Shown piece by piece: positions 13,741-28,475 of a stretch of 64,000 bases of DNA. How positions within the stretch are numbered: the stretch's first letter is position 1; each line of letters opens with the position of its first letter. The notes beneath the pieces are model-generated. The model searched no databases, was not told the origin of the DNA, and was given only the letters and a program-made list of their open reading frames with translations. A program made the position numbers and the translations under genes. The DNA comes from Octopus vulgaris (taxonomy: Eukaryota). Location of the stretch: assembly GCA_951406725.2 (NCBI GenBank), contig OX597815.1, forward strand, positions 47,120,001 through 47,184,000, given 5' to 3'.

Positions 13741-15769
13741 GTTGCTAGATAGATATATTGCTATAGTTATATAGATAGAAATAAAGATGTATTATATATA
13801 TATGTTTGTGCTTGCACGCATACGTGGGTGTGTACGTCTATATGTGCGAGTACGTGTTGAAGGATATTTATACAGATATGAGGGTATGTGTGTGGGTGTG
13901 TATATATATATGTATATATATCATTAAATGTGTATTTATGTGTGTATCTTTGTGTGTGCGTATATGCGTAATTTTGTCTTCAATATTTACATTTCTCCTC
14001 TATAGCCAATGTTTTTCATGTGTATCCCAAGTGTGGCTTGGTTTGTTTGCACACCTGCAATACAGCTCTTAACACTACCAAAATGTTAACCGTCTCTTCA
14101 TTAACCGAATACCAAGCAGGCGAAGATTCTTACCTCTTCTACCCCTTCTCTCTAGTACCAACTCTTTCACAACATTCTGATAACTCCCCTCTCTCTCTCT
14201 CTCTCTCTCTACCTGTTTCTCTTTCTTCCTTCCTCTCTTCTCCTTTGCCCTACACGCATAACTCCCTTCAAGCATTTACTTGTAAAGTTCTTTCTCTCTG
14301 TCTGTTCTTGCCCTCCTCTTCTACTTCTTCCCGTCCCATCTCTTCTAGCACCAAACACAGCTGTGGTTGTTATTAGAGCGGGTCCTTCTGAGAGACAAGT
14401 AGCTGCGAAAATACAAGCTAATTTTTTTCCCACCACTCCAAACCGTCATAGTCAAAAGCTTGTTCTAGTCAAACACGAAATGACTCCAGGAGAGGCTGTA
14501 CCAAGCACAGACTTATATCTAGTTTATGTCTTAAAAGGTCTTAGATATCATGCCCTTATGAGCCGGGGTGGTAGTGGTTAGCAGTAACTCTGTAAAAGCA
14601 ACAAAACAAAATATAGTTTAAAGTATTATGTTGAAAGAATATCAAGCCAAACACGCTAATCTTTTCAGGTCAGTTTTGTAAGTATATGGGTTACATCTAT
14701 AGCGTATATATATATGTGTGTGTGTGTGCATGTGTGTTATCCCACTCATCCATGTGACCTAATTTAGCTTTATATTTTACGCCTCTTACCAAATAGATAT
14801 CTAAACGTGTGTATGTGTGTGTGACTAAATATACAGACCGATACCCACATACTGGTATAAACGTACATGCATTCGTGTGAGTATACGCGCACGATCACAC
14901 ACACACATATGTGCTTGTGTGTGTGTATTTTGTTTGTACAATTATATATTTGCATGAAGGCGTAATAATTATCAGGTTATTTATCCATTGGTTTTGTCTT
15001 AATCTTAAGGAAGCCAGACTCTACTGTGAAGTGAATGAAAAGTATGTATAGCAGATGAATCCCGAGAAATGTTGCAGCAGTGAACTGTACAAAGGTTTTA
15101 CTTGCTCAAAAGATCTGCAATAGAGCACCTAAATGATCACTGCTCGAAATGGCAGCCAAGTGTTCCTCGATACTTTAGTCTTCTATTCTTCATTTCCAAG
15201 TATCTCAATCCCACCCCTTTTTTTTATTTGTTCCGCTTGTGTTATCGTTACATGATTGCTTGAAACTTACACCCGCATAAATTACACATGAAACAAGGAG
15301 GCGAACGTTGTTGAAATTGGCTGATATTTCGTATTTGTCGTTTGTCCTCTTCACTCTTGCGCTGTCCTTGTTTAAATACGTTACCCTCTTGTAAATATTG
15401 AAAGTCACTTTAAATTAGTTAGCCCTACATACTACTGTATATGCTTGCAAGGAAGTTGTGATGGTTACACTTGAAATGAATTTGACCATAATTCTGCTCG
15501 AACAGAAGAATCTATTTTTGGTTAAAGAACAGCAAAAACGACAACTTGCAGTTTTTGTTTCTCACATGTTCTTCAAGATATAGCACACATCCAGAGCCTC
15601 AGTACCCATAATCCTGATATTATCTGAAGTTGCACCTGCTCGGCCATTGTATAATTTTACTTACTCACAGAAACATCGTCTACGGATTGGTTTCTCTCAA
15701 CTCGCTCTGTCTGTCTCTCTCTACGAAGATCCAATGTAATATTTCTTTCCATATCGTAACTCTCGTCGT

Positions 15770-16020
15770 TTCCATGTTGAGGCAAGGTTGTTTGTGGAAG
15801 ACCAGCAGTCACCCATGCATACCAGCATGCCACCGATGCAGTCCAAGTAATGCAGCTTGGCACCAGTGACGTCGCAACTCATTTCTACAGCTGAGTGAAC
15901 TGGGGCAATGTGAAATAAAATATATCTTGCCCATGAACCTGACACGTAGTCCGGTCCAGGAATCAAACTCACAACCTCACGCTTTAAGCATGACGCTTTA
16001 ACCACCAAGCTATGTGCCTT
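15770..16020 (-). mobile_element. tRNA-derived SINE of another family
   Basis: Minus strand aaggcacatagcttggtggttaaagcg..gtgagtttgattcctggacc (A/B boxes)..gggcaagata..gttcactcagctg. Confidence 0.65.
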
Positions 16021-16058
<38 letters not shown>

Positions 16059-16574
16059 TATATTGCTTGTTTGGCTCGTTGTGGCGGTACTGTTTGTTGA
16101 GATAGTGATTTAGACGTGTCAGCATCCAGTGGTTATATTAGCTGGATGATTGCTCCTTGAATGAGCGTGAATCTCAGGTAGCAATCAACGACATGTGACC
16201 TACATTCTGAAACTTTGATTCGCAGATACGGTAATCTAGCAAACATCTTTAAAGTTTTCTCAAGCGAAATTCCCCCAAGAAAGCATACACTTGCCAAAAA
16301 TTCTATGCGTCTGGATCAAATCTAAGGCTTCGTTAGTACGAAAAGAACTTCTTAGCCATGCATGCATGCCTACGTCCATTGCTGAGACAGTAAAATGTTA
16401 ACCGTGGTTGTGCCTAACTTTGTGGTGCCGACATCCTGCGGAGGCGGTGGCTTTGTGATGGTGATCGTGTCCACTAGTAATGAATGCGACCCTTCCGTAA
16501 TGGAAAAGGTGCTGGTATTTCAGTCGCTGTTGCTTAACCCCAGGGTAACGCTTATTCAGAAGGCTTATAATGGT

Positions 16575-16790
16575 TCCGAATTTTCGTACAAGGCCAGTGA
16601 TTTTAAAGAGAAGGCGTTATTCGATTACATCGATCCCATTGCTTGTTTTGCTCTTTATTTTTTATCACTCCGAAAGAATGAAAAGCGTAGCAGACCGCGG
16701 TGGCATTTGAACTCTGAAAGTGGAGGGACGGAAAAAATGCTGCTGATTATTTAACCCGACTCGCTAACTATTCTGCCAGTTAAACCCCTT
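16575..16790 (-). mobile_element. SINE family A, diverged
   Basis: Similarity to the family consensus. Confidence 0.6.
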
Positions 16791-17237
16791 ATAATCAAAG
16801 GCAGTCTAGTCATGACCATCCTATCATATTGCAGGGTACAGTGCTGTATCCAGGACAACATTATCTAATACGTCACTTTAGGGAGATGTTGCTGCTATAT
16901 CTAGCAGGTCGAACGACCGCATAGAAATTTCCTTGTTGGCAGCGTTGTTTAACCATCGGCCAGTTGTTGTCGAGCCGAACATTATTAAAGGTGGACCAAT
17001 AATGACCATACTGTCTTTTTCATGTGCAGGTAACTCAGTATTATCTAAGTATCATTAGATTGATGGATGTGATTTGAGGCGATTTACTCTAAATTCTAAG
17101 ATATCAGGAGGCCGTCGCTGTTCAATGTTATAATGTCATTGTTCCCGTTATAATGAACACGGTGGGAGAGGTGGTTGGGTGCTTGTATTGGTGATGGGAG
17201 TGACGTTGGTGTTAGCGGTGCGGATGATTTTGATAAC

Positions 17238-17430
17238 GGTTTCAAATTTTGGCACAAGGCCAGGAAGCTCGGTCAATGGGATAAATCGCTTACATTGACT
17301 CTAGTGCTCAAATGGTACTTATTTTATCGACCCCAAAAGGATAAAAGACAAAGTCGAGCCCGGCAGAATTTGAACTTAGAACGAAAAGACAGACGAAATG
17401 CTGGTAACGATTCTGCCAGCTCGCCGCCTT
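17238..17430 (-). mobile_element. SINE family A
   Basis: Ends taacgattctgccagctcgccgcctt. Confidence 0.75.
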
Positions 17431-18439
17431 AGCAACTGATTTTGATATTCGCGCTCAAGTTAATGCTGGTGACATACATGGAGTTTGTAAAAAAAAATGT
17501 GATTTAGGTTATTTTTTCGACTTCTTTTCCATTTTGCCGCGTCTTGTATTCATTTTGTTCTGATTACTTTATTTTATCCACTTCTATTTTACTTCTCAGT
17601 CTTAACTTCTCCCATTTTCTATCTGCTGTTGTTTATTTTTTGCTGTTGTAGTATTTTGACAAGAGGTCTGCTATTAGTGTCAAGGTTAATCACTGATCAT
17701 AATGACGGCGAGTATGTCTTTGTCACGCTTTTCAAATGGGAACATAACAAGCGGCGAGCGTAAGGGTGGAGTCAGCAAAGTAGAGCAACACAAATAAAAC
17801 AACAAAACAACAGCAATGGCTGTTGTCTTGTTTGCTTGTCTTAACAACGGTTCAATAGTATCAGGCAGCAGCACTATTGAACAAGACAATGACAGGATGA
17901 GCTGATAACGGAGCACTATGTGGTCAGTCGGGGTGCTAGAAATGCCAGCCAAATTTCTCTATCTCTAATCATATCTTAGAAAGACCACGTTGGCTAATAC
18001 AGTTTTGTGTTCTCAGGACTGACCAGGTGGTACAAGAACAATCATTGAAGCTAAATTCTCCAGCCATATACTATACAACCTTTTTTTATAAGGATCTGCT
18101 CGTGGTTACATAGTGTGTGATTTGTTTGTCCACTCATTCTTTTAATATGCTATCTGCAATGCACCTAGGTAGTTATAAAGTTGTTACAGATTCGATAGTA
18201 AAAGGCACAGAAATCTTGCTTGCGGTCAACTATGCTTTTCATTCTTTCGGAGTCGATAAAATAAGCACGATGGGACGCAACTTAGATGAGAATGGAACAG
18301 TACCTCTTCCGAGGTACTGTTCCATGGAATAATAAATTATTTTCCCTCTTTCATGAAACAACATACTAACATTTCAAAAGGTTTTGAATGTGGCGGTATA
18401 ATGGCAACTTTCTTTAATCATAAAGGAAAAATAATTATT

Positions 18440-18660
18440 GTCTCAAAGTTCAGTACAAGCCCAACAATTTTTAGGAGGAGGAAGTTAATCGATTATATTA
18501 ATCCTAGTGCTCAAATGGTACTTATTCTATCGACCTTGAAAGAATCACCGGTAAAGCCGACTTCAGTGGAATTCTAACGCAGAACGTAAAACGCCAAAAG
18601 AGATGTTAAGTATTTTTCTTTGCTGATGTAGTAACGAGTCTACAAGCTCGCTGCCTTAGA
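18440..18660 (-). mobile_element. SINE family A, diverged
   Basis: Similarity to the family consensus. Confidence 0.6.
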
Positions 18661-18784
18661 AAAAAGAATGATGTATCAATGAAATAGAACATGCATACAA
18701 ATATACAAATTACGAAGATGCGAGTTCAATTTGAGAGGTCTCATATTTCTTACCTGGAGATTTGAAACATTCTTTTTGATCGTT

Positions 18785-19040
18785 TGCATTTTATTGTTTT
18801 CAGCCGTGTTTGTTTCTTTGTTTGTTTGTCCGTGGACAAGATATCTCAAGAACCACTTTGGATGGAACATGGAAGTTCCATTTAAAGTTGGATTTGGATG
18901 GAACTTTCATGATGTTTGGCCTCGTGACTGGCACGAACTGATTAGATTTTGGGATTGATCCAGTACCGGACAAGCGTTCTGGATTATTTTTCCGTTTCTT
19001 TAAACTTTATTTTTGAGAGCGGTCGGGCTCATTTTTTGTA
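18785..19040 (+). mobile_element. Helentron/HINE-like non-autonomous element fragment
   Basis: gttttcagccgtgtttgtttctttgtttgtttgtcc..agatatctcaagaacc..ggatggaactt..attagattttggg pattern, recognised from memory. Confidence 0.35.
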
Positions 19041-19041
19041 T

Positions 19042-19280
<239 letters not shown>

Positions 19281-19674
19281 TGGATGTACAAACGAGAGGA
19301 AAATATACTCAATGTTGTAGAGTTTATTGGATTTTGTGAATTTAAAATTTCACTTAATCGCTAATCTGAGTTTCATGTTGCAATCACGTTCGGCACAACC
19401 CTGTTTAAATATTCTCGAAAAGGCAAAATGAAAAAAAAGAAAATAAAAAAGGAAGATAACAGAAAGGAAGAAAGAAAACTTCCAATGTGCACCTGCTTCA
19501 AAAAACTTATTGGAAGAAACGGAAACGAAAGGAAAGATGAGAGAGAAGAATAAATATTAGATAAGAGTTGGAATAAACACTCGTTTGACTCATGTTATTC
19601 GTTTGGTAAACATTTAGTGCCAGCCTTAATTATATGGCAAACATTTGTAGTTTGGTAATATTACTGTCAGCACA

Positions 19675-20345
19675 AATGCAGCGAACTGACAGAATCGTTA
19701 GCATGCCGAGCAAAATGCTTAGCGGCATTTCGACCGTCTTACGTTCTGAGGTAAAATTCCGCCGAGGTCGACTTTGTGTTTCATCCTCTAAGAGTCGCTA
19801 AAATAAGTAGCAGTTCGGCTCTGAGGTTGATATAAACGACTTACCCCTTCCCGCAAAATGACTGGCCTTCTGCCAAAATTTGAAATTAATATTAGACCAG
19901 GAATTAAGACGGCGAGCTGGTAGAATCATTACTGTGCCAGGAGAAATGCTGAGTGGTATTTCTTCCGGCACTTATACGTTCTGAGTTCTAATTCTGCCAA
20001 GATCCACTTTGCTTTTTATTCTTTCGGGGTCAATAAAATAAGTACCAGTGAAGCACTGGGGGTCAATGTAATTGACTTACGCCTTCCCCGACCTTGTGTC
20101 AAAATTTGAAATCAATATTACTGTCAGCATGTAAGGTGGTGAGTTGGAGGAATCGTTAGCATGCCGGACAAAATGCTTAGGGGCAGTTTGTCCGTCTGTA
20201 CGATCTGAGTTCAAGTTCCGATGAGGTTGACTTTGCTTTTCATCCTTCCGCGGTCGATCAAATAAGTACCAGTTAATCACTGGAGTCCATGTAATCGCCT
20301 TAACCCCATTCCTGAAATTTCTGGCCTTTTGCCAAAATTTAAACA
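19675..20345 (+). mobile_element. Three head-to-tail family A SINEs
   Basis: Copies start at about 19675, 19905 and 20133. Confidence 0.8.
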
Positions 20346-20408
20346 TATGTTACCGTCAGCATTTGGGTATAATGTGTGTTCGTGTGTTCATACATGACTG
20401 TACTTGTG

Positions 20409-20475
<67 letters not shown>

Positions 20476-20494
20476 TATGATATATATATACAGG

Positions 20495-20539
<45 letters not shown>

Positions 20540-21490
20540 AGAAAGTTCTCATATTCTTCTTAGATCTAGTAATTCCAACACACTACCTAATTCCATCTTT
20601 AGCAGGAGGAAACACATGAACACGCTTCTTTTATCGAATTAGAGGACACCACGGAATATGTTGCAGTCTCGTAGACTTTGACATATTTTCTGTTCTGTTC
20701 TACACCAGATGTATTTAATGTGCTTTCTACAATCAAGGAGGATGGCCATCTTAGTTTTCTTGATTTCGCTTCCTTTTTCCCGTTCCAATTTTTGTACCAA
20801 CACTCTTCACCTTTTTCCTATTTTTTTTTCTTATATTCTCACTGTCCAGCTTCGTCTTGTTTTTAAAATATATATATAACGCATAAACAAAGCCTGAAAA
20901 TTGCTCGAGATACATGGTGTATTTTATAAAAATACCTGTTCAAGTATCATAAAAGCATGAAACTATTAGTAGCTCTTTCGCTTGTGTATTAAATATATAT
21001 GTTATAAACTATATATATATATGTGTGTGTGTGTAAACTATAAAATCATGTATGTAATAGCAAACGGCAAAGGTAACTTTATAATTTATTAAATACCCTT
21101 TCAGTCTGGATACTTCTTACTGCCCTCACTACTACCATACCTATTGCTTCCTCTGTGAGGTTACCTTTATCTCTCGCCCTACCTCAAATTTTAATACTCT
21201 GTCTCTTTAAAATGTAAGTTATACGTTTTTCTTACTATTCTCTATAATTTCTTATTTTGTTTTCCTATTTCAATATCTTTTCCTATTAATCGCTTATCTC
21301 TTATAAGTTGTTACTGTTCTTAAACAGAGATATAAACTTACTAGTTACTTAACTCTATGAGAGTTGATTATAACACATCCATAATAAAGTATTAATATTT
21401 GTGTAAATGTTCATGTGTGCACATATGTGTGAGAATTTGTACACAACTTATTATTATTTGTTTTCCACTTTTTTCCTGATTATTTGCTTA

Positions 21491-21855
21491 CAAGCAAAAC
21501 GCCCCGCGTCCAATGCACGGTGCTGAGGTGTCAAACATTTTGACCAAATTTTCTCAAAACAACTTGTCCGACCGTCCCATAGGCCTCTCCTTTGAGAAAC
21601 ACTGATTAAACCTAAATTTGAGACACCAGCAAAAGACGGATTTCGGCTGATGTACTTGCGCGTACAAATGCTCGTTCCCACGGCTTTATTGATCACATGC
21701 TCACCTGGAATCGATTTTTGACATTTTCAAGACTTATATACGCCCTGATACTGTCGGTATCTACACATCAAATTTGAGCGCAATCGGATGGAGGATGCCC
21801 GAGATCCTAGAAGACACACAAACAAACAGACAGAACGGATTTTATATAATAGAGA
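21491..21855 (-). mobile_element. Non-autonomous Helitron-like element
   Basis: Minus strand starts TCtctattatataaa, then (ctgt/ttgt)n. It ends with the hairpin ccgtgcattggacgcgg and CTTG|T (a CTAG variant). Confidence 0.65.
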
Positions 21856-22561
21856 ATTAATATATAGATAACATGCTTTATCGCCACAGCATTCCATAAG
21901 TAAAAACCCAGAGCAGTCTTTATAGAAATCACCTAACAAACAAATAATTAAGTACATGAATGAATATTAAACTAATTCTATGTAATCTTCCCTTTCTAAT
22001 GTTGAAAACTGGTATATATACACAGTTTATCTATTTTGGTTATAATATCATATTTAATAATCTTAAATTTTATCTTTATTCAGCATAAAAATTTTTTTTA
22101 TATACAATCACCCCATAGTACCCCATGATAATTTCCTCTGCATTAACATCATATGTTTTATTGGCGTCTCGCCCCTTTAACTGGTAATTATCATCTTGAT
22201 TTGGGGTCTTCCAATACGCAGCCTCCTTTATAGACAGTTACTTTATACTAATCCTAGAAATCTTGACGATATTTATGACCATACTCACCTAGGTGCTGTC
22301 AACTCACTCCTGTTCTCCATTCTAAGCAGACACAGTCCTATAGTCTTAGATTTGGTAGTTGATAAAAAGACTAATAAATTAAGAATGAACCACGTTCTTT
22401 ACAAGCTATAACTACAACAAGCTTCATACATTTCTTAGAAGAGTAGTATATTCTTAGCTACATTAGTAGCAACATGGACTCTTTCCATCTTCTTGCTCCA
22501 TTAGAGCATTTGAGTAAATTTATATTGTGTCCAACTGATTAAAAATTCTATTTGTTTATTT

Positions 22562-22649
22562 ATGCAGCTGAGAAGAGCCCTGCATTTAAATAGATGTAAT
22601 GATTGCATTGTTCAATTAAATGGAGCCGCTCGAAACGGTCGTACTGCAT
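22562..22649 (+). ncRNA. Degenerate PLE-type type I hammerhead with a long stem II insert
   Basis: atgcag CTGA-GAA gagc ...49 nt... gctc GAAA cggtcg TA ctgcat. Stem I is a perfect 6 bp. Lies about 115 nt before a long (TA)-rich tract. Confidence 0.6.
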
Positions 22650-22764
22650 CACCTCTTGATATCCTGCTGCTTATTTTGATTTTATTAACCTTTCAGTTGT
22701 ACGGATAACACCGCACTGATTTGGTGCTTCAACTTAAGTACTTAATTCAGCCGAATCTCAATTC

Positions 22765-23024
22765 TATATATATATAATGTATGTATTTATGTATATATAA
22801 TTGTATGTATATATATGTACATATAATTGTATGTATATATATGTATATAATGTATGTATATATTTATATGTATATATATATATATATATATGCATATATA
22901 TAAATGTATATATATATGAATGTATATATATATGTATATATATAAATATATATATATACATGTATATATATATATGTGCATATATATGTATGTATACATG
23001 TATATGCATATATATGTATATATA

Positions 23025-23062
<38 letters not shown>

Positions 23063-23350
23063 AATACTTGTATATATATATGTGTGTATATATATATATA
23101 TATATGCATATATGTACATATATATATATATATAATATATATATATATATGTATATATGTGTATGTATATGTATATAACAATGTGTATATATCTATGTAT
23201 ATGTATATATATGTATATATATATGTATGTGTATATATATACATGTAAAATATATGTATGCATATATATATGAGTGTGTGTGTGTATGTATATACATATA
23301 TGTATATGTGTGTATATTTGTGTGTACATGTGTGTGTATGTGTTTATGTG
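22765..23350. repeat. Long degenerate (TA)n/(TG)n tract
   Basis: Seen directly. Confidence 0.95.
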
Positions 23351-24176
23351 CGTGTACGCGTCTCTATAGTAGTAGTAAAAATAGTATGGCCAAATGGTTA
23401 AGAAGTTCGCTCCGAAATTACTAGGACCAGGTTCCTTCCTTCCTCAGTGGCCTCTTAAAGAACTATCACTTTTTATATCTTCAGGTTGACCCAAACCTTG
23501 TGAGTCAAACTGGATGTACGAAATCTGTACACAAGCCGGTCGGGTGAATTGTAAAGCATAAGGCTGGATTATCAATTAAGATTAAGCGTTGATGGATCAA
23601 AATTCAGTTACTGTAGAGCGATGTTGAGGTAAGTATTCATCCACGTGAAATTAATACCCGGAACTAAATTACACTGACCTGATATTATGAGCATATATAT
23701 TAAAAACAGTTAATGTGTTGAATCGTAGCAAAAATCATTAGTTAAAAAAGTGGGGGCAGGTTATTATTAAAAGAGTTTGAGGAGAAATGCTGTAGATAGA
23801 TTATATGTGGCAGTCTGGATATGCTGTCATCTTCCACTGTTCGCTTTATTGTTGTATGCATGTTGTTGATAATGTGTTTTCTACGCCATGTTCGGCCATG
23901 TTCGGCTGAACAACTAGGTGCAATTAACACGTCTATAGTACCAGCTGTTTCATATCCCCGTCTATTTAAGAACGACCATCTGCTTATTAACTGAAGTATA
24001 ATACCTCACTAGCATTCACACACACACACGTATGTATGTGAATTAATGACTGACAGAATAGCAGGAGATACATGCTCACTTCCATTAGGCTATAGTTGTT
24101 TCTGCTATAAGAAGCAGAGCACTCACATGTCTGTATGTGGGTGCGTGCGTACGTGATTGTGTGTGTGTGTGTGTAT

Positions 24177-24214
<38 letters not shown>

Positions 24215-25111
24215 TTATTCGTAACATACGCTGAATTACACTAGTCTATGCAGATATATTTTTTCATATTGCTTAGTCAAGGAGGAAAGGGCACCTCATA
24301 TATTCTTTAATTCTCTTGGCTCCTCCGGGATGATTTGAAAGGAGATTATTCTCACACCAAAGACCCAGACAAAATGCTTGCAAGAAAAGCTGAGCTTTAC
24401 AAGACGCTCACAGAAAACGTGAGGACGTTAAAATGGGCGACGGAACAAGAGTATCAACCAAGATAGATCTTGAACATAAATATCCTGTATAAATTGGAAT
24501 TCTTCCCTGCTCCAGCCATAATTAAAAATTAGGCAATACGCTATTACACTCAAACATTCGCGAATTCGATATTTACGGCAATGTCGATGCCATGTCTTGT
24601 AACGCAAGCACTTGGATGTGTAGTTTTGTAGCATGAAGGTTATAATTGATGTCATCATTGTAATTATTTATCATCCATTGATTTGCCTTTTGTTCGTTCC
24701 TATTATTCTTTTATTCATCTTTCGTTCCTTCGTTCTTTTCATCTCCTTTAGATCATTTTATCTTTCGGTCTATCGTTCTTTATTATATTTCGTTTTTGTA
24801 TTTGGTTTGCCAGATTCTTTATGTGAATTAGTGTGTTGAAGCATATTTTGTTGTGTCTGGGGGAGAATCATTCTGTTTTAATGCCTTATTAATTAACACA
24901 CTCACCGCTTCAAATTTCATTCATTTATATATTTTTCTTTCCTAAAAATTTCGTTGCTTCTTGCAACCTCTTCAATAGCTCTTGACTTTATTACCTTCCT
25001 CCGTTTATTCGTTCAATCGTACTTCTTTTATTCTACATTTCGCTATTTCGTTTTACTACGTCATCATCATCACCATTATCATCCTCATCCTCATCATCAC
25101 GTTGCTCTTAT

Positions 25112-25495
25112 TAAGGTGGTGAGCTGGCAGAATTGTTGAATGCCAGGCAAAAGGCTTAGCGGCATTTCGTCTGTCGTTATGTTTTAACTTCAAGTTCCGC
25201 GGAGGTCGACTCAGCCTTTCATCCTTCCAGGTTCGGTAAATTAAGTACCAGTTAAACACTGGGGTCGATGTAGTCGACTAGTCCCCTCCCCATAAAATTT
25301 CACGCTCTGTGCCATTAGTAGAATGGATTATTATTATTATTTGAACTCAGATTTTTATAATTTTTACGTTCTGAGTTGAAATTCCGTAGAGGTCAACATT
25401 GTCTTTCATCTTTTCGGGGTCGTTGAAATAAATACCAGTTGATTCCTGCGCCAATGTAATTGACTATAGTCCGCCCCAAAATTCCAGGCCTACAG
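25112..25495 (+). mobile_element. Family A SINE plus a second partial copy
   Basis: aaggtggtgagctggcagaattg... with an (ATT)n tail. Confidence 0.75.
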
Positions 25496-25806
25496 TATAA
25501 AGAATCCTCTTCCTCCCCTTCCTCCTCCTGCTGCTGCTACTGCTGCTGCTGTTGTTGTTGCTACTAATTGTACTTCATCTCTTATTATGGCGGAGACAAC
25601 GGCAGTAGTTCTGGTGGTTGCGGCTGCGGGAAGGGTTTAGTGTTTTAATGCAGCAATTTTGTTTGTTTTTAGTTGTTTCTGTCGGTGGGTGTTGTGTTGC
25701 ATCGCTGAAACATTAACCCCCGGCTCCTGCCTTTCACCCGATTCTGCAACAATTTAATTAGCTCTGTATACATATATATTATACATGCATACATATGTAA
25801 GAATGC

Positions 25807-25875
<69 letters not shown>

Positions 25876-26605
25876 TTGTATATTATATATACTTTTATTT
25901 GTATTTGTGGATACATATATGTATGTGTTTGTGTGTGTGTGCGTGTGTGTACGCGCGTGTGTATGTGTGTGTGTGAAGAAAAAAGGTAGAAAAGAGTGAA
26001 AGAGGGAGAACCGCTCAAAAAATCATTCGCACAAATTTAAGAGCAAAGAATCATTGAGGCATATCAATAGACCCGAGAAACTGAATACTTGGAGTAAATA
26101 TAGACTAAATATCATCCAATTCTTTATAAGTTGCTTTGGTATTTTTGTACGACTTAAAAAACAAAATTCCAAAATGGCTGTTTTCTTTCCTATTTATCAA
26201 ATGTTGCTGCTCTTGTTGTTGGTGGCGATGACGATGATGATGATGATAATGATGTTGCTGTTATTAGTGGTATTGTGGAATCGATGGTAATAGTGGTGAG
26301 GATGTGTTTCACACTCAGGTCATAACTAAAGAGTCTTTTATCAAATGTAGGTTTTGTTGGCGACTTGTCAAATCCCATAAGTTTGAATATATATATATAT
26401 ATATATATGGGGGGGGGGGTTGTATATATATACATATATATATATATAGAGAGAGAGAGGGAGAGAGACATACACACACACACACACGCATATTGTTTTC
26501 TAAAACATTTTTATACGTTTTTATCAGCAATTACGAATGTGTTTATCTCTTTCTTTCTGTCCCTCTCTCTTTTTCTCTCATTCTCTCTCTGTCTCTCATT
26601 ATACA

Positions 26606-26684
<79 letters not shown>

Positions 26685-28247
26685 AACCAGCCATATGCAT
26701 TCTTAAAAACGTGTGTGTGTGTGCTTGGGAATATATTTTCCTACTTTTTCACGCATACATATAAACATTTTACAGGGCACGTATACACACATATATATAT
26801 ATAAGAAAGAGAAAGAGAGAGAGAGAGAGGGTGAGAGACAGAATGAGACATATATGCGTGTGTGTATATGTATGTATCTGCATCATTTATGTTTTATGTC
26901 AAAAGAATAATAATAAGCCAATATAATTAATATAAACCGTAAAACAAAAGCGAAAAGAATAACTTACAATCGCAGTAATTATCCGAGAATTTATTTTTCA
27001 ACACTACAGTAGTCTTAGTTGCTCTAGAAGAAGCAACAAATGTTTTATAACAATTATGCAGTCATCAAGAACTAATTCAGTTGTTCACGCTCCAGTGTTT
27101 CTTATCAATTGTTTATGATTAGTATAAACATGGATTACTGTAAAATTCAAATAGCGGAACCGTCTATACAATTGAAATTTGAAAGGAAGCCCACGATTAT
27201 AAGACTCTTTCGTATTTTCATACACAATGCTTGCTTTAACTCTTTGAAAAGCAAATCTAGTGTTCAATGGAGCATGTAGAAAATATAAGATAATATAAAA
27301 AATAACAAAAATTTAAGCTTTTCTATTATTATTATTTATTCAATTATTCACTTCCCTTAAACGGGTAATTAATAATTCACATAAAAATATTTCGGACCGG
27401 AGAATTGAAACTTAGCTAAAGACTGTACTAGAAATTACCACAAAAGTTTTATTTTATTTTATTTTTAATTGTAAAATAACAGAGTTATTGTTTTTGCTAT
27501 TGTTCTTGTTTGGCCACAGGTCAGATCTAATTAAGAAGATCTATGACCAAAACCATTCAAATTGGGCCCATTCTGCCTCCTCAATTTTTTTTTAAATAAT
27601 CCACATATATGGTGAGTGGAAGGTTGAATCAGTAGAACATAGTACTAAATATTTTGTTATTGTGATTTTGATCCCTTACTCTTGAGGTTAATTATTCAAT
27701 GTGTTTCTGTTACTCAATACACTAGAGCGAAATTTGAGGATGATATGGTTACAATTTTTAGCAATGTAAATTACCATATAAGTGCTTTCTTGTTTCTTTG
27801 TAACATTTGTATTGTTGTAATTATTTAACCTCAGTTTTAAATTGATTTTTATCCCGAGGTCTATCCAGGAATTTGCCAACAATGAGATTCAACGAAAAGA
27901 AAAGATTAAGTGGCGGCGTGTCATATGGTGTTTGCTATATCTGTTTCTTTGTTGCATAGAAAGAGCTTGCAAAAAATCCATACTATGTCTGCAAGTAGAG
28001 AATATCTCTGTCTTTTTGTTTGTTTAGTCCAGTTCTATATCATAAACAGTCTAGAAATATTTATATACTTTAGCCATATCTCCTGAATTCTTTTATTCTT
28101 GTATAGCCGAGGTTATCTCTGATCAAGCATAGTTAGTGTGCGCAGGTAATTGATCATTAGCTAGAGATGATTCGCATATTCGTTTTTTCCAATTACATTA
28201 TGATTTAGCCTAACTGAGGACCATATTGCAGACCGCCGTATGGATAC

Positions 28248-28475
28248 GGCGAGCTAGCAGAATCGTTAGCACGTCAGGCGAAATGCTTAGCGGTATTTCG
28301 GCTGCCTTTACGTTGTGAGTTCAAATTCCGCCGAGGTCGACTTTGCCTTTCATCCTTTTGGGGTCGATAAATTAAGTACCAGTTAAGCACTGGGGTCGAT
28401 ATAATCGACTTAATACCTATGTCTGTCCATGTTTGTCTCCTCTATGTTTAGCCCCTTGTGGGTAATAAAGAAATA
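28248..28475 (+). mobile_element. Young family A SINE with 11-bp TSD
   Basis: Near-consensus copy; cgtatggatac at 28237-28247 and 28476-28486. Confidence 0.9.

Noticed and set aside
22764-23424. YI/IY-repeat ORFs (also at 20363, 30953, 37402, 38115 and 52405)
   Set aside because: (TA)n microsatellite artefacts.
24941-24978. Minus-strand TTGAAGA-ggttgc-aagaa-gcaac-GAAA hammerhead-like motif
   Set aside because: C3 is mutated and no credible stem I or stem III can be drawn.
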